DNA of 63,483 nucleotides, the filler included, from Hausera hauseri (lineage: Eukaryota): NCBI GenBank assembly GCA_046269625.1. It is 11 parts of 11 records of this genome, joined end to end, with 100 filler letters (N's around TTAATTAATTAA, not from the genome) between each part and the next. Parts side by side here need not be neighbours in the genome. Positions count along the whole stretch, not along the records: positions 26,314 to 30,426 come from JBJURY010752098.1; positions 30,527 to 38,311 come from JBJURY010903535.1; positions 38,412 to 43,174 come from JBJURY010445357.1; 8 more parts are not named here. One strand, 5' to 3'. The first letter of the stretch is position 1; the number at the start of each line of letters is the position of its first letter. Position numbers and translations under genes: made by a program. A model generated the notes under the pieces. It had not been told where the DNA came from. It saw nothing but the letters and a program-made list of their open reading frames with translations, and did not search any database. Shown here one piece after another: positions 26,650 through 38,413 of the stretch.

Positions 26650-26900
26650 CGAGTTGTATGTAATAAATTGATTGTACCACTTGAAAATTTGAGGAAGAGA
26701 TATTTGTCGCTTATCAGCATCACAAGAAGATTTGTATTTCATCATAAAAGATAAGTTGCGCTGTAACTCAGTGAGTAAATATTCTGGAGTAAAAATATTT
26801 AATGGTGGACTTGATGCAGTTCCATGAATCATCAACAGTAGCGTCTGTAACGTACTTCCATTAACCCTATATCGCTCTTCCAGTTGATTAGCAAGAAATG
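26650..26900 (-). pseudogene. DUF547-like C-terminal fragment fused in frame to the dynein remnant
   Basis: HGTASSPPLNIFTPEYLLTELQ...DKRQISLPQIFKWY matches the CGA.SCPP...YT...L...L....V.LSKIF.WY pattern of DUF547. Confidence 0.55.
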
Positions 26901-26949
26901 GTACTGAATTTTTCAAATCAAAATCGCAAAATGTTACATCTGGAATTAC

Positions 26950-29900
26950 ATCTGATTTTATAAATTGCGCAGATACATCTTCTCGGTAAAACGCCAAAAG
27001 AGCATCGGGATTTTGAAATGCTCCCAGCCAATAACACGTCGTTTTATCCTTGTTAATTTGAAGAAGTTTTTCAATATGCTGATATTTGCTCAATAAAGAA
27101 CTCAGTCAATCAATGGTAGCATATCCTTCGTATCCTGTAGGATTTAAAAGAAACCTTTTCCATGGCAAAGGTACTTCGTTTTTCAAAAGTAAAATTATAA
27201 CAGATAAATCAGAATTAATCAATAAAGTGCTAAGATCGTTAGTAAGCACCTTCTTCATTTTCTGCACAAATGAAGAAACTTCCATAAAAATTTTCTGATA
27301 TCCCTTCAATTCTCGAATCATGAAAGCCGTGTAAAATGAACTGTTGTTTACTTTCTTTATCTTTTCTTGAATGTTGTCGACTGTAGACTTCGGAAGTTTA
27401 TTTAACAGACTCTTTGACAATTCAAATAATTCGTTTTCAATTTTTGATATATCCGTTTGAATATCAGATTGTCGTTTGCCATGGAAAGCATTTTTTATTT
27501 GAGCTATTTTATCTGTCACTGATCTTTCTGTATTAACTTTAGTCGAAGATGCAGATAACAAATGGCATGATTCAGAACTTTCAAATTGAAACGGAGAAAT
27601 AGCCCTGAAGGCTCGTTTGACATCGGCTACCTTAGGATTAGCTGCAAGTAGTATTGCCGGACAATGATATTTAATTTTTGGAAATTTAAATTCTTTCTTC
27701 ACGGAATTGGAAATCATCCGAGAATCTATGATAGCACTTATTGATGTCCGGTCCTGTCCAGATGTTATTATGCTGCCGTAGACTATGCCGGTCAGAAAAG
27801 ATCTTGTCATACTCCAGCAAACTGACGGTTTAGAATCGAACCAAGTGCAAATATTATTGGCGGCTTCCATAGCAAGCATGGGATTTGAAACGGATTCGAT
27901 AACACCAGCATTGTGGAAACCAATGGAAGGAAGTGCACACATGGATCGGATTATTGACATCAGTAGGCAAAGGTTATGGATAACTGGTAAAATATCTGGA
28001 GTCAGCTTGTCTAATTTACTTGCCACATTCCAACAGATTTTCGGTTGAATCATCAGCAGTTGGTCAATGGAAGATAAATCAATTGTAATAAAAATAAGAA
28101 GTCCCATATTAGCGTGAGAGTTTGACAATGGAGATTTAATGAATAAGTCTTCTTCGGAAGAGATTTCGTTTTTTAGTTGATTAAAGAATGTTTTCAAAGA
28201 GGTACTCAAAGAATCATTGACCTTAAAATTAAGAGACTTTGCTTGACTCCTTTTCTGAAGTTGTTGTAAAAGATCTGTTACATCACAATTATCGGTTTTG
28301 TATTTAATGAGTATTGCAGTGTTTTCAGTCGTCGAATCAAGCGCCAATTTGACATAAGATGTTGAAACACTTCCTCCAAATCTTAAATTGAGAGTTGACT
28401 GAATAAACCAGTAGCATGTCTGCATTATTCTGTCTGGTCGAATAACCCTCAGTAAACACAGCTTTTGAAAAGGCGTCAGTAAGATTTTAAACAATTTTTC
28501 GATCACATTTGACAACTCTGGATTGTCACTTTCAAACAGCAATTTCCATTGGTACTCTTTTGAATCCTTGTACATATTCTCAAGCATATCCTAGAAACAT
28601 GGAAATGCCGTGCAGAGAAGTTTAACATTAAATAACTGTTCCTCAGTTAACCAATCAAAAGGCTTTTTGGAACTTGAACTTTTACTTTCTGCTTGTTTCA
28701 TGAAATCCGGATTTATTTTTTGAACGACACTCAATGGAGATAATAAGAAATCGTCATAAATTGGGTCAATGGTAGAAAGTGTCTTTTGAATCTCAATAGA
28801 CAGCAACAGACAAAACGTGAATTTAAGATCATTATTCATGGATAACAGTGCATATTGACTAGTTTTCTTTGTCGGCTTGTCTATAATCGTTTTATTTGAT
28901 AGCCGATCCGAAGATTCAATCAACGAATCAAATAAACTAATGTATTTATCAAAGTCAATAAGATAATCTGGTTGAACTCTGTTCACTTTTGATGCCATCT
29001 GGAAACATGTAGCGAATCTGACAGCAATTGCTTGGTAGTTTTTGATGGATTTCTTGTTTGTTTCGTAGATAAATTCTTTTTGTTGGAAGTTAGTGCTTAT
29101 TTCTTCGTAAAGTTTCAAGTAACGAATAATTGTCCGGCAATGTTAGATGTGCTTAATACTTCTTACATTATTACTCAAATCATCAAGTGTCTGTTCTTCC
29201 AGCTTAAAAAGCTTTCTTTTCATACGATCCTTTTCTTCAAGGATATTTTGTCTTTCCAAATAAATATTCGGTTTAGCTTTCTCGATAAATCGACCCAAAA
29301 ATTCATTGACCAACACAGGCATTAACATATTAAATGAGACAAGAAACGTCTGAGAAATTAGAATATCAGGAACATCGCATGCCGGTGCACAAGTGTGTAA
29401 AAATAGTTGGAAATTTTGATTGCATGCCAACTCTTGTCCATTCGACAAAATTAATTTAAACGGACATTTTTCCTCAAAAAAATTATGTTTATTTCTCAGA
29501 ATCTGTCTCATAGTTCCATCGTGAATGAGTTGTTGAATATCACAGTCAGTTACAATGACGCAACTTCCATTTGCAAGACAATTTTCCAAATTGCTACTAA
29601 TTTCAGAATATGGAAATGACACAACATTGTAGTTAATCAAATATCTCTTTAGCCAACTGATTACACGTCTCGATGGATCGGATAACAGGAGCCAATTTCG
29701 AAGAAGGCTCTCGTTCATAATGAAACAGACATTATCAATTTCATCTTCGCTGTCGGGCAAATTGAAAGCTTCAAGTCGGGCTGTTTCCATAGGTGTATGA
29801 AGGAAATTGGCAATATCCATTCGGGTACACATTAATGTCTCCGATATTAATTCGCTCTTCTTTATGAGCTCAATACAATGCTGTAAGAATTGCGATTTCT

Positions 29901-30210
29901 GTTCATAGTTAAGTGGACCACAATAGGCTAGGTATGCGGATGAAATAAGACATTTTACGAAATTTGTGCGTTTGTCATGATACGTCTTTAAAAGAAATTT
30001 CCATTTCTTTTCCATGGGTTTAATGTTTTCTAATAACCATTGTCCTAATTCCAATCGTTCTGTCAAAGCCTTTAAATCCGTCTCAACAATTGATCGATCA
30101 CCAATTAGAGTATTATATTCGGTTTCCAGCTGTAGACATTCTTGCTTTAAATGTATCAATTCTTCAACATCCCACTTCTGACACCAATTTGTGGGTAGTG
30201 ATAAATCCAT
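26950..30210 (-). pseudogene. Divergent dynein heavy chain C-terminal part (stalk CC2, AAA5, AAA6, C-domain), intronless, three in-frame stops
   Basis: CLISSAYLAYCGP, WLLLSDP...SWLK, LENCLANG, NFQLFLHT, FQKLCLLRVIRPDR, GIVYGSIITSGQDR, VPLPW, YWLGAFQNP. Four ORFs in one frame, separated by TAA (29143), TAG (28591) and TGA (27106). Confidence 0.85.
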
Positions 30211-30426
30211 TAAATCGTAGTAAAAAACCCAAAATTACAATAAAATTCCAAGAAAAAACGAAATAGTACGACGATAATATATGTTCTATTTTGAATCAAA
30301 TTTACAGATTAATTATCCATACAAAAATCAATTTCAATATTTACATTTATACATGTAATGTTCACCGCCTGATAAATGGGAATATCGAAAGGTAGGAAGT
30401 GAAATGATTGATTTGAGAAATGTCGA

Positions 30427-30526
30427 NNNNNNNNNNNNNNNNNNNNNNNNNNNNNNNNNNNNNNNNNNNNTTAATTAATTAANNNNNNNNNNNNNNNNNN
30501 NNNNNNNNNNNNNNNNNNNNNNNNNN
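30427..30526. other. Artificial contig linker
   Basis: Same 100-bp spacer. Confidence 0.98.
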
Positions 30527-30619
30527 ATTACATTAAAATTTTAATTAATTAATTTTAATTAAATTTTTTAACCAATTCCAAATTGGAATCTTAATTTAAA
30601 TTTTAAAATGTTTCTGATT

Positions 30620-30780
30620 TAAATTTAGAACTTCTGTTCTCAATTATATCCTCACAGGAGCAAATTATAATCATCTCCATCAAGCGATAAAAGAAATACC
30701 TGGAAAAGAGGGAGAACCAATGGCTAGATTAACACCATTAGGTTGGACCTGCATTGGTTCAACAGTGACAAAACCATTTC
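30620..30780 (+). mobile_element. BEL/Pao retrotransposon fragment (end of the protease region)
   Basis: GKEGEPMARLTPLGWTCIG is the characteristic BEL/Pao motif upstream of RT. Confidence 0.65.
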
Positions 30781-31160
30781 AGAAAAAATCGAATTTTATT
30801 CGCTGCTTTTTCTTAAATAAAGCAGAACCGAAGGAAGAAAAAATAGATAAGTCATTTATCCAGAAATTTGATAAGAGGTCTGAACCCGTTGAACGTAAGA
30901 TTATTACATCACCAAACGATAATGATTTGAATTTTAATTAATAAGAAGTAAAATTCAATCAGGGTATTAAATTATTAGAAGACATCCCAGATGTTTCACA
31001 TAATAGAAGTAGTCCTCATACACCAGTCAAAGTTGTTCTGCAAAAAGAGAATAAAAACACTACTTTTTTCAAAATAGAAAATTTCGAGGATGAAGCTGTA
31101 AGAAATATTCGTGCGTTCGTTGAATTTAACGACAATTAAACAAATAACAATTTTCAAGTT

Positions 31161-32024
31161 TTGAATGTGTCGAGACAACTGCCGAAAAATATTGTAGGCA
31201 GCGTGAATTCACCAGGAATTGAAAGTAATTCAAAGGTATCATTGGAATATAATATTGTTGAAAGAGATAAAAGCTATGCAATGCATCGGTTAGCATCAGA
31301 AGGCGTGTTGGACAAATCTACATGTGAAAAAGAATCGAGTATCATCTCAATTGGTTGTATGGCGAATGGAGGTAAATGTAGCCCAGTAAAAAGATACAAT
31401 TTCAGTTTTACTAATTTTGGGATATTCGAAGGAAATAGACAGACAAATAATTTAGGCAATTCCAAAATTCCTAACAATGAGAATTATATGGAAATTGAAG
31501 ATAAAGATTTTAAATTAAACGATTTCAAAGTGGCGCGAAATGTAAAATACAAATTACCTGGTACATGTTTAAGTGAACAAGAACAAAATGATGGTATTTT
31601 GTCGAAAACCAGAAATGAAATAGCAATATCTAAGCCTCTTGATCAAATATCACATGTTGAAAATTCTAATTTTCGTGATGCATTTCTACAAAAATTGGAT
31701 TCAGAGAACAAGTTAATTGTAATTGACGTACAAATTACGAAAGACAATACAATGGAAAAGGAGAAGGAAACAGATGTTGGAGTAGTAACTAACCGTGATC
31801 TGAAGCCATGCTTATTGATTAAGGATTATATTAATGTGCCCAGACAGTCAAACGTGACAAACGATACACAGTTAGAAAGAACTGTTTTGGGGTGTAAAGA
31901 GTTTACAAGTGATATGGTTTTACTTGAAAATCATTATGTAATGTATAAAGACGAAATGCTTCAAACTCAGCATAAAACTCTAAATAAGGCAGAAAATAAT
32001 AATTTAAAAAAGACAAATGATTGA
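31161..32024 (+). CDS. Hydrophilic, apparently disordered ORF of unknown function, probably retroelement-derived
   Basis: 287-aa open frame in AT-rich DNA, K/E/N/S-rich, no recognisable motif; follows the BEL/Pao fragment. Confidence 0.3.
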   Translation: MNVSRQLPKNIVGSVNSPGIESNSKVSLEYNIVERDKSYAMHRLASEGVLDKSTCEKESSIISIGCMANGGKCSPVKRYNFSFTNFGIFEGNRQTNNLGNSKIPNNENYMEIEDKDFKLNDFKVARNVKYKLPGTCLSEQEQNDGILSKTRNEIAISKPLDQISHVENSNFRDAFLQKLDSENKLIVIDVQITKDNTMEKEKETDVGVVTNRDLKPCLLIKDYINVPRQSNVTNDTQLERTVLGCKEFTSDMVLLENHYVMYKDEMLQTQHKTLNKAENNNLKKTND

Positions 32025-32315
32025 TGCTACCAATCAGTTGAAGGAGAGTGTGAACGAAAAGGAAGAAAATTTTGTTTGTCAAGCAATCAATAAAAACTCA
32101 GACAAAACCAATATCAAACCAAATCGAAATGAGTTGGCAAACTACACGAAAATACTTTAGAAGGTAGCAGTATTATGTATTTAGAGGATAAATCAGAAGG
32201 CACGGGATTGCATAAAGAAATAAGTACCTCTCCGAAAAGTTCTTCACAAACTCAGGAATTTACTGACGAACCCGAAAGTATGAATTGTAAAGCTCCGATT
32301 GATAAAGGTGGGACT

Positions 32316-32498
32316 GATTTAGCTGAAGCATTACCGCATTTGGATGAAGTATTATCTGCTTTAGACACACTGAAACTTGCTGATATCACTAATGTTAAAA
32401 CTATGCAAAATCCACCTGGTGGGGTTAAACTCGTGATGGAAAACATTTATGTAATGAGAGAGAGAAAACCTGAAAGAGTTAATGATCTAAATAAACCC
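32316..32498 (+). pseudogene. Isolated axonemal dynein heavy chain stalk/MTBD fragment
   Basis: DLAEALPHLDEVLSALDTLKLADITNVKTMQNPPGGVKLVMENIYVMRERKPERV matches the DNAH3/7-type stalk. Confidence 0.8.
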
Positions 32499-35290
32499 TG
32501 TTATGGTACAGGGGTTACCTTTAAACTTTACTTCGTACCTACATATAAAATAAGACTCATGAAATCTCTTCTCAATTTATATATACATTCCTTTATGCCT
32601 CTTGTTGTCTATTCATATTACAAGTGTAAGTTTCCTTAGTTATTTCTCGAAATTTTTTTCATATATAGGGTAAAATACTTATTTCAATTGTATTATGCCT
32701 AATTTACTACACATAATTTATTAACGAACTATCCTTACTTAACTATTGGTCATTAATCTATTTCTAGTTTTGATCTCTGAAAAATGATCTGGATTCATCT
32801 ACTGAACCTTTCATGCATTCCTCACCCTATACAGATATGGGCGACCATTAAACGCAAACTATTTCCATTCGTAAATACAACATTTAGAAATTGTCCGGAA
32901 ACACGTTTACCTTCATTGTTTGTATGTTTTATCTGCCTTTAGCTGTTCTTTCTCTTACTTTCATAGTTTCACAATAAAACAACAAACACTTTTATTATTG
33001 CTGCAGGAGTATTCTTTGGGACGGTTCAATAAAGGGTACTCAACGTCTCATATCACCTTTCTATTGCATATTTTTCTAGCTTATACAAATGCTTCAAGTT
33101 AATTCCCATTTGTTAGGTTAATTTCCTGAAATTTCCATAATACTTAATTACGCCAGTTTACCAAATTTTAACTCAAATAACCAATTATCACTTTTCTATT
33201 GATAGACATCCTAGTTTCATTTTATTCATTAACCACAAGATCAATTCACTCTATTTATCACACATACTGTATAGTATTATACAATCTCTATATTTATATT
33301 ATTTTGTCAGCCGTTCTCATATACTATATAATATCCTAATTGCATTACAAACGATACGAAACCCAGTTAACATATTATATATATTATACATTAATTTATA
33401 ACTTGCTGTTTGATGTTAGACAGAATCTATTTGGTCTCATAGCAATGATCGTATAAGTATAATAGATCCGTAAATTATTCCACTCTTAATCTTGTCTTAA
33501 TAACATTGGATTATTCATTGTCATTTCATTATATTTAATACACATTACTTTATAATTTTATTCATTCTTTGGTACTATATTCAAATTACTTATTATCATT
33601 AAAATCATCAGGAAATAGTACTGACACTCAAGTAATATGGGTACACAATCTGCGTGAATATATATTTCATATACATTTGTTCTTAATATTACTCAAACAC
33701 AATCTGAGGTTGCTATTTCCTCCAATGGTTTCGACAATGATCAACACAGCATTGTTATACACTGAGGGAATCCATATAGTATTTCTCTAAAAGATTCAAT
33801 TATATAAAATTTATTTACTGTTGTTCCCAGTTAATTACAACCACATAAAATTCATCAAATATTTTACTCCTTCAATTTAAAGTACTAAGATTATACAAAC
33901 TTCAACAGTATAGATATAATAATGTATTAATCACTTAAAACTTCTAAGCCATACTTTCGCCCAAAATTTGTTTTATATCTATTATAAATTCTGATTACCT
34001 TGACCTTCATGATTACGCTCTATATTATCGTTGAATCATTGGAGTCTCCCCAATTTTATGAAACACATGATTGTTAATTCATGTTTGAACTCCGATGTAA
34101 CAATAATTGGTTCCAGAATAATTCTCAACACACTGGGTCCTCGCTCTATCAGTTCTGCCTTTGTGACCATATATATACATGCATCACCTCGTCTGATCTG
34201 AAACTCGGTCATATCATTCTGATCAGCTATCGATTGATCTCCGGCCAGCAGTCAATAACGGTTAATTTCATATGTAAAGTATTTATTATATAACAAATAT
34301 TACAAATAAAAACAAATATAAAAATTTGCGGCAAGGTTAATCTCTCTATATTTACAAATAAGGCTTACCATCTTGATCTAATGCTTGCTCTGTATGATTC
34401 ATAATTTGTTCATCCATCTTTAACGAGATTTGACCTGGAATACTTATATTCAAATAGTTCGAAGAATCAGTTGCGAATCGTAGGTTCAGATAATCAACTT
34501 TACTCTAGCCACTATTATTCTAAGACCAATAATGCTTTCTTCTATTTATTTCTTGGTTGCAGATAGTTTTGTATATCAAGATAAATTTTTTCCTTTTTCA
34601 ATGAATGTGACAAATTGTTGTAATTCTAAATTAGTTTATTACTATATCGTCACCAAATCATTACCTTTGGTAAAATGCCTTGTAGAAAAATGCTAAAATT
34701 TCTTCTTGTGTTAAAGTTTTCTCTCTTGTGTGTGTTATTGTCTGTTTTCACCTTCGGCTTATATACCAATCTGGGGTATTAAGCATTTCGCAAAATTTAT
34801 TTTGTAAATTGTTTCTTGTTTACCAAAATTGATTGCAAAGCAGTTTTTGTTTCATTTGTAAATTGGTTTTTGTTTTGATTTCGTTAGTAAATTCCTTCGC
34901 AAAATTTATTTTGTAAATTCAAATTGTGTAACCTTTGCTGAACACGTACTTATACTTTTATAACCTTGTGTTTCTGTTACTTTATTATCAACTTAGCCGC
35001 ATGGTTCACAATTCAATGCACATAACAACAGAATATAATATGACACCCATCACATCTGGGTTCACACCTTACTAAAGAGGAAGAATAAAACATATTTCAA
35101 GATAATATTTCAAATCAGTTATTAATCTCGAACAAAATTATTAAAACAAATATAATAAAGCAGAGCGTCGATGTCTGTTATATTGATCATCCGATAAATT
35201 TAATTATAAAATCCGATGTCTGTTATATTGATCAATCGATCCATACTGATCAATGATTAATCGATCTACATTTATCAATCAATCCTAACA
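32499..35290 (-). repeat. 3' LTR of a minus-strand LTR element; either ~2.8 kb (ending 32499) or 316 bp (ending 34975)
   Basis: Starts TGTTAG at 35290, directly after the PPT. The complementary TGTTA occurs at 34975 and at 32499, where dynein similarity stops abruptly. Non-coding, with short internal direct repeats. Confidence 0.55.
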
Positions 35291-36560
35291 TTTCTCCCCC
35301 TTTTGAAAAAGGATTTGGTCCTCCGGATCACTCTGGGTACTGGCATCAATAAAACTAAGGTTTCTGGGTCTGATAGTCAGTGTTGCATCATTTATCGGGT
35401 TCATCCAGTGGCATAGTCGTTGGGTACGGTCATCGTAGGTATAGGAGAAGTGATAGTAGACTGATGGTTGTCGACAGTATGGACATGAAATACCATTTTA
35501 AAAAGTCATTTGAAGAGCATATTCCGGGTTGATTGATTTGAGAGACTGAGAGCGAAGTTTGTTGAAGCAGGTTGCACACAGTTGGTGATTACATTGAAAT
35601 TGAACAACCGTTATTCTTTCAGTAAGACATATAGTACATTCGTAGGTAGGTAGTTGATCATAATAAAGAGATTGTAATGTTGCCCATAAATCAGGAGGAG
35701 CTAGATCAAATATAAGGTCAATTGGACATTTATTAAAGACTGGGAACCAGTCTTCTTGTAAGGATATTGGTAGTGGTGGACTATACGAACTAGTTGGTGT
35801 AGGTACTATTGTGGGTACCTGCACTGGCAATTCAGGCGATGATCTAGTAATTCGTTCAGGTTGATAACGTGGATGTGGTATTGAAGATGGCTGTCGTAGA
35901 AGAGTCATAACATTTATATGGGGTAAAGGTACTTGAAAGGTAATTGGTGGTGATCTAGTTATCGTAGAAGGATTAAATCGATGAATTGGAAATTCGATTC
36001 GGATTGATGACTGTTGCTCTAGTCGAAAGTATCTTGTTGGAAGTATTTGGGGAATTGGCGTATTGGTTATAGTAAGAAGAGCTCTTCTAGGATGGTGGAA
36101 ATATGAGTAAATAAATTGAGGGCAGAAATAACATATGCTACAGATTAAGTATTGATGGTGGGATTCTAGTTGATAGCAATGAGCACAGTACTCAGCATTA
36201 CAACAACTAAATTGATAGGCTATTCTATTAGGTTTTTGACATAAGCAACACATGTGTAATTGAAAATGTGGAATAGAGAAAGGGGTTGATACATTCCGGG
36301 TGTAATAGTAGGTAACGTGGTCAGATGGTTCAATAACTTCGAAGGTTTGGGCATTTAGTAATGATTGATCAGCGTGGGATGGATATGCATCATGTCGGAT
36401 GCAATATTTGATTTCATATGTACATACGGGACAATAAGGTGTAGGATGAGCTTGTGATCGTATTCGATCTATACAAAATGAACAAACCATATGCAGGCAC
36501 GGTGTTAATCTGTACACCTCGCTGAGGATTACTCTGCAGAACAATTATTCTGGAAGATCT
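35285..36560 (-). pseudogene. Multi-RING-finger protein, last ORF of the LTR element
   Basis: PCLHMVCSFC...CPVC, CCLC...CCNAEYCAHC...CSIC and CTIC...CNHQLCATC. After one in-frame TAA (35498) the frame continues ISCPYCRQ...PEDQILFQKGEKC* through the PPT. Confidence 0.8.
35291..35304 (-). promoter_or_regulatory. Polypurine tract (AAAAGGGGGAGAAA)
   Basis: Pure purine run immediately 5' of TGTTAG on the minus strand. Confidence 0.8.
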
Positions 36561-36574
36561 AAAAATAAGTAGAA

Positions 36575-37612
36575 TTAACTAAAATTTAACTCAATTACAT
36601 TATGATTTTTATTCTCAGCATTTTCAATGTACAATGAGTTTGACAAAAGGTTAAACAATTGTCTAAGTAGATGGGCTTGTACTAATGGTGAAGTATATGT
36701 AGGAATAGTGATGGTATGTAGTAATTGTTCACTTAGACGAATTATGAGCATTGGGTCTGAGGAAAAACTTGTAGCGATAGGGTGGCGACTAAGATTGAAG
36801 AAACCATTAGTAAGGGTAGTAGGCAGTTTCAGTGAACATAATAGTAAGTCAAGTTGTGTCGTTATAATGAATTTATATTTTAACATATCTTGTATGTAGG
36901 GTAAAAAATCATCGTTGTCTATTTTATTTAGGGTAAGATCATCAGTTATACCTGTAAAAGGTGTTCTCCAATCTACGACTTTATGTCGGGGGTACATTTG
37001 CTGCTGTAATAATATTTCACCTTTAAAGTCTAATATGGCGATATCAATAATGGTTTGGTTGATGGTTGTTAGGTTAGGTTGAGTGGTAACATACGTATAG
37101 GCTACAAAGGCGAATAGGGGTTCTAAATCAGGTATAGTTAATCCTTCTGGTGTCGAGGAATATTTATTTATTGATAGAATTGATCTAGGTATTTGATTCA
37201 AATGATCATAACTCTCATCATGAGTGTATACGAGTTTTGGTTGGGTTATTTCCACAGCAAATAGACAATTGTTTGAAGAAGAAATAGTAAAAGATAACAA
37301 TTCAACAGGGGGAATTGTGATAATTGCACTAGAATCGTTAAATAGTTCATAATCAATATCAAGAATAGGATCCTCGAAGTTGGCATTGACAGTTAATTTG
37401 CCAGAAATGAGATGAATGGCAATAATATCGAATTTCTTCTGTTTATCGGTAAGAATTAGTTGGGATAATGAATTGGTAACGCTAGCCGATGTTTGCTGTA
37501 TATACATCTGTCTGGGATAAAGTTGTAATTTCTCAGATTTTAAATCATTTGGGATAGCTGTCTGGTTGGAAAAATTATGATGGAATCGATTTGCACTCAC
37601 ATAGGACGCCAT
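36575..37612 (-). CDS. Unknown N-terminal domain plus catalytically degenerate DEDDh exonuclease fold (REX4/ISG20-like)
   Basis: IAILDFKGEILL...P...VVDWRTPFTGI...IQDMLKYKFII...LSEQLL follows VSIVN..GEVLY...P...VTDYRT.VSGI...LLKGRILV...LAEELL. The expected acidic and His catalytic residues are absent. Confidence 0.7.
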   Translation of the reverse strand: MASYVSANRFHHNFSNQTAIPNDLKSEKLQLYPRQMYIQQTSASVTNSLSQLILTDKQKKFDIIAIHLISGKLTVNANFEDPILDIDYELFNDSSAIITIPPVELLSFTISSSNNCLFAVEITQPKLVYTHDESYDHLNQIPRSILSINKYSSTPEGLTIPDLEPLFAFVAYTYVTTQPNLTTINQTIIDIAILDFKGEILLQQQMYPRHKVVDWRTPFTGITDDLTLNKIDNDDFLPYIQDMLKYKFIITTQLDLLLCSLKLPTTLTNGFFNLSRHPIATSFSSDPMLIIRLSEQLLHTITIPTYTSPLVQAHLLRQLFNLLSNSLYIENAENKNHNVIELNFS

Positions 37613-37708
37613 TGCGTCATAAAAATGTTGCGAATCAATATAAGGCTCTATTTTTAGTCTTAATACAAAACATAATGATAAAAATTTATTAACATTAAAT
37701 GAATATCA

Positions 37709-38311
37709 TCAGACAGAATAACAATACAACATTGAATATAGATTATATACAGTGATTAAAGGATATAATATGTCAAAATTCATACATATACGACAGGATA
37801 AATCAATAGACGGATGATGGAAGTATTCAAGAACAAAAGTTATAACAAAATATATACACGCGAGTAGAGAGTTAGTTAAGTATGTAATGTATATTTGTAA
37901 TACTATCTCTCGGCGCATTATGACCAGTAATCGTTCGCGTTCGTAGGGACTGGTCATAGGATCGTGCATCAGGATGTCATTGATGGTCAGGTTTCGATAA
38001 TTATGAGTCTCTGGTCGAATATCTGGTCGCCGCATCAGGATAGGGATTGCCCCATAGGTTCGGGTTAAAAGCGCAGTTATAAGAGGAGTCTCTTCGTATA
38101 ATCCATGAGCATAATTTACATCGAATAAATAAGTTCCATTGTCGAATTTTTTATTTAGGAAGGTTTCCAATAGTAGGAATCGTTTGAAGACTATTGCATG
38201 ATGTAAAGGTGTACTACGTAATTGGGTTTGGAAAATAGCTTGAAATACTTTGTTGTCGTAGGCATAATCGAATATCAGGATTGCCAAGTTATGTCGACCA
38301 TGTCGTATGGC
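37709..38311 (-). CDS. Ankyrin-repeat protein (5' partial)
   Basis: AIRHG, STPLHHAI, DVN....EETPLITAL, ILMRRPDI. Near-identical to the C-terminal part of 62767-63390. Confidence 0.8.
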   Translation of the reverse strand, partial: AIRHGRHNLAILIFDYAYDNKVFQAIFQTQLRSTPLHHAIVFKRFLLLETFLNKKFDNGTYLFDVNYAHGLYEETPLITALLTRTYGAIPILMRRPDIRPETHNYRNLTINDILMHDPMTSPYERERLLVIMRREIVLQIYITYLTNSLLACIYFVITFVLEYFHHPSIDLSCRICMNFDILYPLITVYNLYSMLYCYSV

Positions 38312-38411
38312 NNNNNNNNNNNNNNNNNNNNNNNNNNNNNNNNNNNNNNNNNNNNTTAATTAATTAANNNNNNNNNNNNNNNNNNNNNNNNNNNNNNNNN
38401 NNNNNNNNNNN
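38312..38411. other. Artificial contig linker
   Basis: Same 100-bp spacer. Confidence 0.98.
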
Positions 38412-38413
38412 AT

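Noticed and set aside
26950-30210. Genetic code with all three stops reassigned
   Set aside because: Only three stops in about 1080 AT-rich codons, all explicable as single transitions.
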